Assembly (NCBI RefSeq): GCF_009914755.1
Contig: NC_060929.1
Length of the DNA stretch: 64,000 bases
Source of the DNA: the human T2T-CHM13v2.0 reference genome, Homo sapiens
Reading direction: 5' to 3' (one strand)
Shown: in pieces, positions 12,540 to 27,372 of the stretch
Position numbering within the stretch: the stretch's first letter is position 1
Layout of the letters: each line of letters starts with the position of its first letter
Position numbers and translations under genes: made by a program
The notes under the pieces: model-generated
The model's input: only the letters and a program-made list of their open reading frames with translations
The model's database searches: none
What the model was told of the DNA's origin: nothing

Positions 12540-13910
12540 AAAACTTCCATTCCAGCCTGGTTTCTCTGCTTCTTTTTACAGCAAAAGTCCATGAAAGAGT
12601 TATCTACACTTCCAGTCCCCAAATCCTCTCTTTGTATCTCTCTTATATGCACTCTTCTCAGGATTTTGCCACCCCACATCCCACCAAAGTTGCTCTTATC
12701 AAGGTCAACAAAGACCCTCTGGCGCTAAATTAAATTCTCAGTACTCATCTTACTTGACCTATTAGCAGCATTTTACACAGTTGATAATTCCTATTTCCTG
12801 AAAATGCTTTCTTCACTTAACTCCCAGGACACCACACTTTCCTGGATTTCTTTCTGTATTACTTCATGTCTTGTCTGTCTCCACTTTTTTAGTTTGTCTT
12901 ACTTATCCTGTCCTCTTAATGTTGCTTTGGCAACTCAGACTTTGGACAGCCCTCTCTCTATCCTTCCTACTTTGCTGATCTCCTGTGCCTCATGGCTTAA
13001 ATATTATCCAGTGGTGACAATTGCCAAATTTGTATCTTTGGCTCAGACCTCTCCCATGATTTCAGGACCATATATCCAGCTGACTATTTGAAAAATCTAT
13101 TCAGATGTCCAATAGATATTTCAAAATTAACATATCCACAAATGGATTCTTACTTTTGTCCTCCCCACAAATTTGCTTCACTCATAGTCTTCCCCATATC
13201 GGTGAAGGGCAACTTCAACTTTCTACTTGCTCAGGCCAAAAATCTTGGGGTCATGTTTGCCTGCTTTCATTCTCTTAGTTTATATCCAATCTATCAGAAT
13301 ATACCTTGCCTCGACCTTCAAAATATATGCAGAGTTTTGCCACTTCTCAAAATCTCTGCTACTCCTTGGATCTAACCTACTGATATCCCTCGTTGGGATT
13401 GTTGTAATAGTTTCCTAACTGGTCTCTAATTTTTATACCTGTTCCTCTCCAGTGTATTCTCAAATAGCATTCTGAGTTGTCTTGTTAAAATGTAACCCAG
13501 AGCAGTTCATTCTTCAAGTAAAAATGCAAGGGCTTTCTATTTTTTTCAGAATCAAGTCCTTACAATGACTTTTACAACTCTACTGGGCCCCTTTACTTCT
13601 CCGATATCCTCTGCAACACTTTACTGTAATCACATTGGCCTTCTCATTTTTCCTTGAACCTACCAGGTACTATCCCACATCAGGACCTTTGAACTGGCTT
13701 TTTGCTTTTCCTGAAATGAATTCCTCCAGATAACATGTATGGTTCTACCTATATTGCTCTTCAAGCCTTTCCTCACTTGTCACCTCTTCAATCAGGCCTA
13801 TTCCAAGCAAGTCATTTAAATTTGCAACCTCTTTCCCTGTGTACTCCAAAGGTACCTTAGTCTTGGTCAATTTTCTTTTCTGCAGCATTTTTTACCTTTT
13901 AATATTTTTT
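12540..13910 (+). mobile_element. L2 LINE, RT region to 3' part
   Basis: 12741-12785 translates VLILLDLLAAFYTVD (L2 RT motif LLDLSAAFDTVD); L2-like sequence continues downstream. Confidence 0.88.
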
Positions 13911-13913
13911 ATA

Positions 13914-14255
13914 TGTGGCAGAAATAATGGTTTGTACCACTCAGTAGATTGCTAGGCTATCGTCGTAGGCCTCTTGCATTTGGGTGGGGCATGTAACTCA
14001 TTCTTGCCAATGGAATGTATGGGGAAGTGAAGTATATCATCTCCAGGCCAAGATATGTAAGTGCAGGTATTCCTTCTCCATATTCATTTTTTCTTTCTTC
14101 ATCTCTTGGCTAGATGCAGATGATTAGTGGGAGCCTCGCCTAACTTTCTGAATCACAGTGCAGAAGGATGTCCATAGAACACCTAGTTGGAGTGTGATAT
14201 GAGGAAGAAAGCAATCTATATTGTGGCCCAGAGTATTCTGATTAGTTAGTGCCTG
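13914..14255 (+). mobile_element. Old MaLR LTR (MLT1H/I-like)
   Basis: tgtggcaga...ttgcatttgggtggggcatgtaactcattcttgccaatggaatgtatggggaagtga. Confidence 0.7.
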
Positions 14256-16162
14256 TGCTGATGTAGAACACTTCAATATCACTCATAGGCATACAAATGG
14301 ATAGTGTATTCACTTCAAACAGTGGGCTAGGTGATAGCTATTAATGGAGGGGAGTAGAAATAAATAAAACAATACGGATATTGTAGGCATGGTAAACAAT
14401 TTTGACAGTTTCCTTAAATGAATTCAATAAAGATCATATGCCTTCAAGATCATTAAGAATTGACTACAATTTTGGCTAGTTTGTCTGAAAATTTATATCT
14501 TACAACTTTGAAGAAATTCAAAGACGTTTTCTTTTTTAATATTGTAGATGTTTATAAGCAGGCATTTAACTTAAACAGTTATTCTTGACAACATAAGTTT
14601 AAACAAAACCCTAATGAATACATGCCTTGTTTTCTTAGCCATGGCAATTTTCATAGTCATGACATGCATGCTAACATGTGATCTATACCCTGCAGATTAA
14701 CAGAAATGAATCTTAGTTGGGAACAGATTATGTCAGATAGGATATGGCAGAGACAGAAAAAGAGAAGGTTCTACATTCCTGAACAGATGGAGTAGTATAT
14801 CTTAGGGGCAGGCATGAAGCTGAATTCCAGGTGAGGCAGAAATCTTAGATAATGAGATAAATAGAACAAGAGAAAAAGATCTCTGACCCTACTATAGATG
14901 TCTGAGCCAAAAATTGGGAGCCAATTATTATATTTAGGGTTCCAGAAACTAAGTAGATTTTCAGGTAAAAAGAGAAGAGTGCAGATGCTACTGAAGTTTT
15001 GAGTGATGGTGGCAGGAATATAGCAGACATTTTCACCATTACTACCCAATAAGTGCCACCAAAATGCTGTATTAAAAAAAGAAAGGGTTGAATAAGCAGT
15101 CAAGTTTAATTTATGGATATAAAAATGGCTAACAATCTTCAGTTGTTTAATGTGTTAAAATATGTTTGATTATACCTTGGTGGTAATCTGAACATAAATT
15201 TTATTTTCATAATTTCAACTTGCTCTTGTTTATGTGAGCCAATTTTGGAAAATGAACGGTACATATAATGACATCTTGGGATAAAAAGTAAATATATTAT
15301 TTGTGCTAAAGCCACTTAATTAACAGTAATTTAAAATAATCAGTTTTTAAAAAGGGACAACATTATTTTAAGAGACATGTGCATTATCCCTTTGTGCCCA
15401 GAACTACCAACACTTAGTGTGCATAAAAGTGACCATGAGTGTCAATATTTTCAAAGTCCACGGGATGAGCGTGTTTCTTCAAAATGCAGAGAATTGAAAT
15501 TTTCATATGCAATCCCATATGCTTGACTTCCTAGGACAGGAAAGTAGGGTTTGCTTCGAAATTGAACAGTTAGGAAAAATCTGGATTATATACCTGCTCA
15601 TTTTGTGTGGAAACAGACATTTGTTTCAAGAAAAACCCATTGTCCACAGCCTCTGTGATTAGGATTCAATGCCCAAGTGTATGGCACTTTATTAGTAGGA
15701 ATGAGGGATGAGCAAAGTTGTACTTACTCACTTTTGCTCTGTTGGATCCGGTTGTGTTCTGGTGGTAGCATGGGGGCAGTGTTGACCCTTACCTTGCTTG
15801 CTGAAGATAACGGTGGCTGGTGTTACTGGCCTTTTATCAGGTTTCTCCATATTGTCACCATATTACCCTCTCACAGTCCATAGGCAGGATGTGAGTGTTT
15901 TGATGAATAGTTCAGAGGTTGTTCACTTTTGATCTTATGTTATAAAGTGAGTCAAAGAAAGTATCTTAAGGAGATCACACTCTAGTTACTACACCAGTTA
16001 GTGCACGTTTGGTCACACTACGTGAAAGGATAATGTTTTGAGAATTTTGTTTTTTAAAAATATTTCTCTCCCCATGTATTCTCTCTCTTTTTTTTTTTTA
16101 AATGCTGGTAAAACATTAGCTGTTTCCTTTCCTCAGAAAAGTTTATGGGAGAGCATAAATAT

Positions 16163-16300
16163 AATAATAATAGCTAAACTTTATTGAACACCTTCTACAT
16201 GCCAGGGACTTTACTAAGCATTTACAAATGGAACACTTAATTCTCACAGCATCCCCTGAGGTAGGTACCATTGTAATTCCCATTGTTCAGATGAGAGTAT
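16163..16300 (-). mobile_element. MIR SINE
   Basis: aataatagctaaactttattgaacaccttctacatgccaggg...tgaggtaggtaccattgtaattcccattgttcagatgag. Confidence 0.8.
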
Positions 16301-16371
16301 AAAGCTGCAGCAGCTACATTATGATTCTGCAAAGCAGAAATTGATGTCCAGCACTTTCCTTTCTAGTGAGG

Positions 16372-16650
16372 TGTATTAGTCCATCCTTGCATTGCTATAA
16401 AGAAATACCTAAGACTGGGTAATTTATAAAGAAAAGAGGTTTAATTGGCTCATGGTTCTGCAGGCTATACCAGAAGCATGGCACCATCTCCTTCTGGGGA
16501 GGCCTCAGGGAATTACAATCATGGCGGAAGGGAAACCCATTCATGAGAACTCCACCCCCATGATCCAATCACCTCCTACAGGTCCCACCTCCAAATTAGG
16601 GATTACAATTCATTGAGATTTAGGTGGAGACACACATCCAAACCATATCA
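16372..16650 (-). mobile_element. MSTA-type MaLR solo LTR with internal deletion
   Basis: tgtattagtcc...ccaaaccatatca termini; perfect 5-bp TSD TGAGG at 16367-16371 and 16651-16655. Confidence 0.92.
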
Positions 16651-16871
16651 TGAGGTTTCCAAAAGCCAAAGTCCCTTGAGAAGATTAAAATTGATGTCCT
16701 GGAAATAGAGAAGAATGAAAGCTCTAAGAGAAAAACAAGATAGAGGAGGATTTTTTTTTTCTTTTTTTTTTTGTGGCTAAAGGGAGACTGGGAAAAGGAG
16801 AGAGGTTTGTGGATCTCAGAAGCAGCAATAACGTGCCCTTTGCTTCCTGAGCAGGAATTAATATACTATGG

Positions 16872-17097
16872 CAGAGTTGGAAAATATATACAGCCTGTAG
16901 GCCAAGCCCAGTTGGTTGACTGTTTTTATAAATAAATTTTGTTGGAACACAGCTATGCCCTTTTGTTTACATATTGTATATAGCTGCTTTCACCCTACAA
17001 TGGCAGAGTTGAGAAACTGCCATAGAGGCCATATGGCTTGCCCAAAGCCTGAAATATTTACTATCTTGACCTTTAGAAAAAATGGTTGCCGACCTCC
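16872..17097. mobile_element. MER58A-like hAT-Charlie MITE
   Basis: tttttataaataaattttgttggaacacagctatgccc...caatggcagagttgag...aaagcctgaaatatttactatct...ttgccgacctc. Confidence 0.85.
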
Positions 17098-17581
17098 GTT
17101 CTATGGTGTGGCTGTCATCATATCTATTTTAGGTGAGGCTACTTTACATCAATCTGATACTCACAAATTATTTTCCTGTTTTGGATGACCCTATTAAAAC
17201 TCATGCAGTATTCTAAGAGCTGTGGGTTAAGCTAATTCTTGAACAGACTTCTGTGGTTTAATATCATTTTTAAAAAATTAAACTTTATTTTGATTTCTAG
17301 ACATATGTATTTCATTTACTAGAAGTAAACAAAATTAAAATAATTTTTCTAAGTACATGTACTTAATAATGGTTTATTTTTAATGCCTATTTTGGACGTG
17401 TAACTGTTTTTTTAGTATTGTCTCTTGCATACCTCTTCTTTTCTAACAAGCAATTATTACTTTTTTCCCCTGACCCCAGTTTCACTGATTCGCCCTCCCT
17501 TGCAGCAATTTAAAATAGTGCCAAGGGAAGTTGCTTGTTCCTGTCTTGAATCTGTCAAGCTGTTAACTAGTTTCTTCTCAG

Positions 17582-17685
17582 GTGACTGCTGAAGATAAAG
17601 CAGGTTTTCAACAACTGTTTCAGGGACTATTTGGTGAGTTTTTCATCATCATTTTCAGCTGCAAGAGGGTCCTGACCAAGAAGAG
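17582..17685 (+). other. Candidate exon with two alternative donors
   Basis: Acceptor tttcttctcag|, donors TTG|gtgagt (17634) and GAG|gtaata (17686); one frame open; no protein recognised. Confidence 0.3.
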
Positions 17686-20160
17686 GTAATACTTTTGTTC
17701 CTTGTGCTCTAAATATTTTGCCAAATTGCCATCTTCATATAGATGAGTAACTCTACATTTATTTGGTACAAGCAACAGGGCCCACAGAATAATTTATGAT
17801 CTAAGTGCAGCTTGAAATAGCAGAATTGCTGTTGGTGCTTAGAAATTAATTGAGAAATCACTGTCTGTAATGTAATGATTTACCATTGTTTTTGAACCAT
17901 GTTGTGGAACCTAAGAATGTTAATTAAGAATTATGGCATAGTCCAAATAGAATCTGGCAAAGTTTCATGTTGAAGCAAAACAATAAGCTATTAAATTATT
18001 TTGCATATAATAGACATTTTCATATTTACAGATTAAGTTGTGATTGATACTATTTAATGTCTGAGGACTTGAATCACACTAATACCACATATTATTCTGT
18101 AATTTATGTTGTCTAAGAGATGAGTATGTACCCCTTTTATGAATTTTTTAAAAATTAAAAAGAAAAATGTACCAAGTTAGAAGCACTTGAATGGATTGGA
18201 ATTGAAGTAAGCTTTAAAGAGGATAATTTTATAAATCAGAAAAAGAGTGGTGCTTTTTAAGGGTTGGACTGATTTGAAAAAGTATCAAGTAAACAAAAAT
18301 TAATCACGGTGAAAAAGTGAAGATTCATGGGCTGTTTAAAAAATGTGGTCTGTCTCAGAAGCAGTGTATCCCTGAAGCAAAGCTCAAAAACTTTTCTTCT
18401 AGGCAGCTACCTGAAAATCCCTACTAGAAGCAGTGATGGTTATGATAATGGCCATTAGTATTTTACAGCATTTTTCAGTCTATGATGCCTTTTCTCAAAA
18501 TGAAGCTCATTTGATTTTCATGGTATCTCTGTAAGGTATCTTGATTTTCCTAATTTCTTTAATTATACTTGCCTCTGCTTCTATCGGTGGTACTTACCAT
18601 GGATGTATGTCTGTGTCAGCTGGGATTCCAGTTCAGTACTCAGGAAGTACATCTGAGATTTAGTCGCCTCCCCTTTTTAAATATTCCTAGGTGATTCTAA
18701 TGCATACTATCAGGATCAACTTGTATAACAATTGAAAATGTTGCCTTGCTTATATTTGTTTTCAAGTTTGATTTTTCTAACTAGGCAGCAATTATTCAAT
18801 GAATTATAAGGTTATCCAAAACAAAACATATTTATAAAATAAGAGTTCTTTATTTTACACATATGGAAGCATATCACTTAGAAATTAAAACTTGACAGTA
18901 AAATTTTTAAAAAATCTCATTTGTCAAGAATTTAATTCAATCCAGTTAATTTAACAACTCTTTAAAAGTAGTAGGTAGACAGCATTGTGTTAGCTGATGC
19001 AAAGCCTTCCAAGCTGAGTAAAACACGATCCTTGCCCTCAAAGAGCTCGCAATGCAAAAAGTGAGATAAAACAAAGCAGAATATTATTACAACAAGACAT
19101 TCTCCAGTTAAACGAGAATTATTACAGTTACCGTAATGAGGCTGTCAATGGTCAAAGAAATTAGAATGCAGCATAACCCACCTGATACCCAAAATCCATT
19201 GCATGATTGGCAACATTCTTTTGAAGGCTGTTGAAGAGGTATGAACTCTCCCTCTCTAATGTGTTGGAAACCAGGAGAGTCTGTCTTTAGTGGGAGAGAA
19301 GCAGATACACAAAAAATTGAAAAATACAATGGTGTGTAAGGAAAATGCAGATTACAGATGAAGGGAGGGTCTGAGGCAAGTTTAAGTAGACAAATGAGAG
19401 TTAAAAGACTAGAAGAACAAGTTAATTGAAAATGGGACAACATTTGGTACTAAATGTGGATATTAGGGTCGTGTGGCTTTGTCCAGGTTTCTGTGTGCTC
19501 CCAGAAAATGTTTGCAGCCAGTAGCCTGGGTGCATTTAAAAGGGTTGTGACAGGAGGCAACTTAGAAAGACATACCAAAATATTAATAATATATGGTTAG
19601 TTGGATAATGATAAATAAAAGTTATTTTGTATATAGGTAAGGAAATCCTTGAAGTGCAAATTGTACAACAGTCTCAAAAATTGCACTCTCTCTAGTAATT
19701 AATTCAGGAGGGGTACTTTACAGCTATGCCTCATGCTGGATCACTATCACGATGATGTTGTCTATTTTTACCATCTAACAAAAGCTTGTCCTGCATTTTT
19801 TTTTTTCCTAGCGAAGAAATCTCTGCCAGCTTTGCTAAAACATAGATTTACTGTCTGACATTGTTTTTTCAGGCTTTCACTTTATGAGACTGCATGTGGT
19901 TTTGATCCTAATGGAACCTGTTTTTGTTACTATCTTTCTGGATAAGTGGCACCCTATTTTCACTATGGCCTGAGGTGGACTGAGCCAAAGGCAGTACCAC
20001 ATTGTTAGATTTGTGGGTTTTTTTTTTGAGGAAAATACAACTTGTAAAGGAAGGTAGAATCATACCTTGATGAAAGCCTAGGAAGGCAGTATGCTTTTGT
20101 AAGTGCTTAGCCTTTCCACTATGTATATTGGGTATCTGGATTTACTTTTTCAATTAGTAA

Positions 20161-20493
<333 letters not shown>

Positions 20494-20548
20494 AATATTC
20501 TTGACATTAACAGAACATTGGTGAATAAACCAGGCAATAATCCCAAGC

Positions 20549-21279
<731 letters not shown>

Positions 21280-22159
21280 CAAGCTAATCATATTTATTAA
21301 TCAAGGAAACAAGTACATGAACAACATAATAATTGCTAAAAGAAAACAAAACAAAGGGATGGGACAAAAAGTAATGTGGCATATAAAGAAGCTCTCGGGG
21401 TCTGAGTTTTTTAAGCAGTGTGAACCACATCACAGAAAATCAACAGCTGGATAGAAGAACAAGGCTATGTGTGGGAAGACCTGTCAGACAATTCCCAATG
21501 TTGACTCTGCAGAAATGTTCATGTGAGCCATCTTTAAGAAACGTCCATGAACCATTAAACAAATATTATCACTTGACAGTTCTACAACGACCTTTCTAAA
21601 AACAAGGGCAATTTCTCAACTGTAAAAGCCAAATAATTGATATTGTTCTTACATTTAGTTCCTTTCTATTTTCTGGGGGGAAAAAGGAATTCAGCGGCAA
21701 GTGAGGACATTGCATAGAAAATCTTTTAAATCTCTAATTTCCATAATACCCCAAGGAAGGAATACAGACCACTGCTAATTGGGTACTTTCTAGGAGTTGG
21801 AGTCAACCTGAAAATTAAGAATCCTAGTAGCAGTTGTTTTATTTACAATTTTTTTTGCACTATTTGGAATTTAGCTTTGGACAAAAATATCTTATCCCAT
21901 GTAGATTCTTAGCATGCCATTATAGAAGAGAGTCTTAAGTTAAAAATATCTAGACCTAGGTATCATAGCTTATATAGATAAAATTGAAGGTACTGAGCAC
22001 TAACCACGAACTTAACTGCTGCATAGAAATATTTTATTAATCCATTCTTAATTGTAAATTCTTGATCTAAAAACATATAGATTTATGGGGTTATTATTGG
22101 AAACACCTTGCCAGATTTATATACATATATGTGTATAATTTTAAATATATATAATTTCA

Positions 22160-22184
22160 CATACACGCACACACACACACACAC
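22160..22184 (+). repeat. (CA)n microsatellite
   Basis: catacacgcacacacacacacacac. Confidence 0.85.
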
Positions 22185-22217
22185 TGCACATATTGTTTTT
22201 GCTTAGTTCATTCACTC

Positions 22218-22501
22218 TTTTGAGACAGAGTGTCCCTCTGTCGCCCAGGCTGGAGTGCAGTGGCGCGATCTCAGCTCGCTCAAGCTCTGCCTCCCGGGTT
22301 CACGCCATTCTCCTGCCTCAGCCTCCTGAGTAGCTGGGACTACAGGCGCCTGCCACCACGCCTGGCTAATTTTTTGTATTTTTAGTAGAGACGGGGTTTC
22401 ACCGCGTTAGCCAGGATGGTCTCGATCTCCTGACCTCATAATCCGCCCGTCTCGGCCTCCCAAAGTGCTGGGATTACAGGTGTGAGCCACTGTGCGCGGC
22501 C
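22218..22501 (-). mobile_element. Alu (AluY-like), almost no poly-A tail
   Basis: gggttcacgccattctcc...ttagccaggatggtctcgatc; flanks agttcattcact / agctcattcact. Confidence 0.97.
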
Positions 22502-22660
22502 AGCTCATTCACTTTTCAAAGCAGTATTACCCCAGTTTGGCAGATGAGGAAACTGAAGCTCAAACCTCTCAAGTGTCTTGAACATGTTTACAGCCAAACT
22601 AGGCTTTTAACACAACGATTTCTGATCCCATAGTCCATCCTTTTTCACTCTGCCATACTG
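22502..22660 (-). mobile_element. MIR SINE
   Basis: attaccccagtttggcagatgaggaaactgaagctca MIR core. Confidence 0.75.
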
Positions 22661-22989
22661 AATTTGGAAATGTTGATGAAAAATAAAGTCTTTTATTGTT
22701 TTGTTTCCTGCTTTTGGTAATCAGATGAAAAGTATAAATAAGTTTGCAAGGGAGAAAATTTATTTAATCTACATACACAACAAACAACCTTTTAGACTCT
22801 GGAAATGTCTAGTCACAAAAAATTGGCACCCAGAAAGCAAAATGGTTTTATATAATTTATTGAAGCAGAATTTCCAAATAGTTATTGGAAATGTTTTGTT
22901 AATCTTGTATAATTATTGTGTGATATGAAGTTAATGAACATGAGCACCCAGGATATTTCAGGATGCACTGCAGGAACCACTGTCTAGCA

Positions 22990-23130
22990 GTTATTGCCTT
23001 TATTCCTGTCCCATTTCACAGACAAAGAACCTGAGGTGCAAAGAATTTAAGTAATTTATGCAAATAAAAAGCTGGGCTTGACTGGCTCCTAAGTCTCAGC
23101 CAGCTGTGCTGCTCTAACCTCTAGCTCTTT
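22990..23130 (-). mobile_element. MIR SINE
   Basis: cccatttcacagacaaagaacctgaggtgcaaagaatttaagtaattt. Confidence 0.7.
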
Positions 23131-25538
23131 TGCAGTTAGAAAATATTCACGTTCTTTATAGATGAACAGAATAGTTATTCACTCTTTCAGATGAGACTAC
23201 TTCTCACCTGGTTCTAATAGTGAGGTTTATCCTGAATGTGGTGAAATCTAGATTCTTCTTTTATAGATGTAAACTTAAATAAATGTTATATATCATTTTT
23301 TAAATCCTTTCCCAGGAAATTTTGGAATATTTCAGGCCATTGGAATCATTTAGTTAACTGAAACTTATTATGTGGAAACCTTAAAGATTAAATGCCTTTC
23401 TCATTATTTATCACCCAACCTACTATTATACTGGAACAAGATATTAGCAGTTGGGGAAAATAAAACCACTGGCTGTTTGACAAAGACAAATTCCTATACA
23501 AGGACTTGTAGGTCAGAATGAACTTCATCCCTAATCTCACTTCTAATTGATTCATAAGTGGGATGGGCTTTTTATTCATATTGCAGTGTAACAACTCTGA
23601 TAGGGATGATGGCAGCCAGAGCTTTGAAACATTGTGCTATAGTTCATCACTCTGATTTCAACTTTCCAAAATTATTTCCCTTTCTACTACTGGAAATGTT
23701 TTACTTTAAACAAAAACTTTGAGTTCCCGGCAGGTTTCATACACATTGATTTGGTAATCCATACAATGAGTGCATGATTTTAAATTGTGTTCATTACTGC
23801 AGCCTGTATTCTCAGCAACTAGATAGGTGGTCGCCAAGAAAGCTAGCCACTAAAAGTGGCTGACTCAGAACAACTCAAATTGCATATCACTTTGAGATAC
23901 TGGTAGCACGTTAAAAAGCATTGTTCTTATCAGTTCCTACGAGCTAAAAAATCTATGTGTTTTTTGTTTGTTTGTTTGTTTGGGGTATATTTTTTAAATG
24001 AGAAAGTATTTGGAAAAAGAAATGAAACCACAGAGATCAACCCTGGTTTTCTTTAAGTAAAATGAATGTCCTGTTATAGAGAAGGAATATTTCAATCTTG
24101 TTGAAGAGGTAAATGAGAAACGATGTTTCACTGTCAAGGTGTATCTTGCACATTTGATGGAAAATTACTGAAGAGAAGCAGTTACATTTCAGCATCTCAA
24201 ACCCGTTAGGAAGTGAGAGCAGTTTCTCTCTGTGGAATTGTTACTGTGAGAAACAGGCTAGCTTGTAACACTGGGGTGCTTGATTTCAAGCCCAAGTTTA
24301 TATTGGGCCTTCAACAAGGTGTGGAACTGTAATAGGATGTGGTGGTTTGATATAAGGTAGTTTATAAGTCTGATCCTTAAAAGCTCATGACATTCTGCTG
24401 AGAATTTTCTGCTCTGATTTTTCTCAGGTAAAAAATGTAAGGGGGTCATTGTCAGACACTCCAAGTTGTTAAACAAATATGAAGCAATTACTACTTTATG
24501 GGCACATTTTCTGAGTGTCTCTGCTATGGTATATCTTTGGCAAGCTTCAATTGCTGGAAAAAAAATCATAGATATACTGATACCCATGATAACTTCAGAA
24601 TAGTATAAACCATCTTTAATTATCTTAGAGTACAGCTGTCCTACTCATGTTGTTTTCAGAAATGAGATAGGAATAAGACCAATTATAATAAGACCCAAGG
24701 CTCCTGGGATTTTCTTTTCACTGGGTAAGATTTCTGGAAAATCCTAATTTATCTGATTTAATGTCTGTGAGAAAGTAATTTCCAGCCTACAACTAGTTCT
24801 CATACAGATATTTTTGTTGCCTTACAAAATTCTGTGTTTCACAGTCTCTAATTACTGTTTTACTGACATGCAAATAAAGATCTATAGTGATCACATTTGT
24901 CCCAGGCATGCTTGCTTTGGCAGACCCCACTTATCATATTAAACAGATTCTAATTCTAATGCAAATATTTGAATCATCACATTAAATATATTTTTGATAA
25001 AAAATTTTAAGATAATTTTACTTTAATGGAATTAGTTATTTCTTTTGCCCTGGAGATTTAAATTTTATTATGTTTGTATGTGAATTGAGTCACAGGTGAC
25101 ATAACATTTTTGCAGCTATTACTCAAATATCTCATTAATTTTTAAATTTTGTAGCCACTGATATATAATTATTTTCAGGCCCTTGGAAAGCTCAAAGAGT
25201 CTCTTGTCTGTGTCTGTAATACCTAATGTAAAAAATGATCCTAGTTGTGCAAAGCTAGTCTAAACTATTGATATTCTATGCAAAGATGTAAGACAGCCAC
25301 TGCAATGGTAGTTTCATGGTTCTTATAGAAAAATTGATAAGTGTTTGCTTCCACTTTTGTCAGAAGTAATGTTGAAATCCTTAGGCCACTTGAGACAAAA
25401 TGTTGTCACCTTGAGGATAGTGTAACTGACAGGATCAGTGTTGAAAATCCTATGTGAAATTGCTACTTAATATGGAACAAGTATCATTTTGATACCAGCT
25501 TTCAATCTAATAGATAAAATGATCATTGGTTAATCATG

Positions 25539-25587
25539 CACACACACACATTGTTTAATCACACACACACACACACACACACACACT
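25539..25587 (+). repeat. Interrupted (CA)n microsatellite
   Basis: cacacacacacattgtttaatc followed by a long CA run. Confidence 0.9.
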
Positions 25588-27372
25588 TATGTATATATAA
25601 CCTATTCAAGCTAATTATATTATATACCCCTTTATAAACAGGAGACAGAAGGCTTTGTTATCCCCACCTTACCACACCGTAGACACAGCAGATTAAAAAA
25701 AGAAAATAAAAGGTTAAACCTTGTGGATCAAAGATGAGGCAGGCGATATAAAATGGATTAAAGTTAAAATGAAGATAAATTGCTGAAAGCAAACAAAGAC
25801 ATGAGAAAATGCAAAAAGCTTTCAAGGTTAAATAGAGTGATAATCTCAAAAGCCAAATGAATTTAAAAGTTCTTTTCGGTTTTATCACAAACTTTCACAA
25901 ATAAGACCTTAAAGAGATACCTGGGTAAATATGATGAGCTGCTGCAATAGTTCACCACAGGAATACCATATCTATCATCTAATTACTTTTTTCTTGCAAT
26001 TTTTCCTCTATTTAAAACAAAAAAAAAGATCCCTCAGTTCGAGACCATTTTAATGAATTATTGATATTTGGGTCATGTCAATACAATGCATATTTAATTT
26101 TAATTTTAATCATTGGCTGTATCAAATGTAGATGCCATTTATTAATTTGAGAAAGAATAAGTTGTCTAAAAGTGGCTAACACCCTAGTATAGAGTTCTGT
26201 GCAAATATGGCTGGGTTTTGTGTTTAATGTCTACATAGAACTACTAGTTTTCTTGTGGCATTAGCTAGAAATTTTCTCCTTTACCTGTTATTTTGTACAG
26301 TTTCTGATGGCTTTTGGGTGACTCGTGGCTTGGTCCCTCAGTGGCTTACCAGCCAGCAGTCCTTTGTTTTGTATCTTAGATTATTTGATGGATTATCAAG
26401 GTAGTGCCCAACTGTATTAGAAAGAAGAGCTATAAGCAAAATTATGGTGAGCCTCTTAAAACCCATAAAATGAGTGAAAAGACTTTTGATCACATGTAAT
26501 ATTTAGGAAATATCCTGGTAAAATTTTAGTTGTGTAAGAAATGACAAGTGCATATACTACATCAAGCCTTGGCTACTGACTCATATTTTATGTTGGTGTT
26601 GAGTATTTCTGGTTTTCAACAATGCTGAATTTGATTTTTTTAAAAATAGGATAATTGGGAAGGGGATTATAATAAAACTTAATTTAACTACTAAAACTTT
26701 GAAAGGTCACAAAGCTCTTCCTGTGGTTTCAAAGAGAAAGTATGAATTGTGCTGGCATTATTTGATTTTTTAATAGAAAAATTACTATGGGAATTTTATA
26801 GTTTAATGATATTGTGGATTAGAAAAATATTGTAACCCAAATTAGAGTTTGTGGAAACCAGAATGAATAATTTAGTTATTCTGGAGCTGAGAACATGAAT
26901 CTTGTTTCCAAATGGAATGTGGAGTTACTAACATGGAGAATAAAGGAAAATAATTCATGTTAAAATGATTGTTAAAGTTCAGGACAGTAGATGTTCAAGA
27001 AAGACAGGCCTTTTTAGTCATCTCTTTATTTGTGAGAAATGACTAAACTCTTTTACCTAATTAAGGTAAAAACTCAAATCTAAAAGAGATATGAATATAT
27101 ATGGGGCCACCCATTTTTTAAAATATGGGAATTAGGCCAGAAAGTTGTTAGGTAATAGTGACTGCTAGCCTGTGGTGGAGCTGGGAAACAATTTCTAGAC
27201 AATCAGACTAGTCCTGCTCTGAGAAAAAACACAATATAGATTTAGCATGGGTGATGTGGGGAAAGGGAATGATCAGAGAAGGTTGTAGATGATAAGAGTG
27301 ATACTGAACTCTTATTCTGGATCAGTTAGAAGTGGCAGGGTTTGCATTTAGGAAATTTCAGATAATTTAGAA

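Noticed and set aside
19790-19880. Two strong + strand acceptor-like sites (19811, 19872)
   Set aside because: No convincing paired donor; T-runs followed by AG are common in this sequence.
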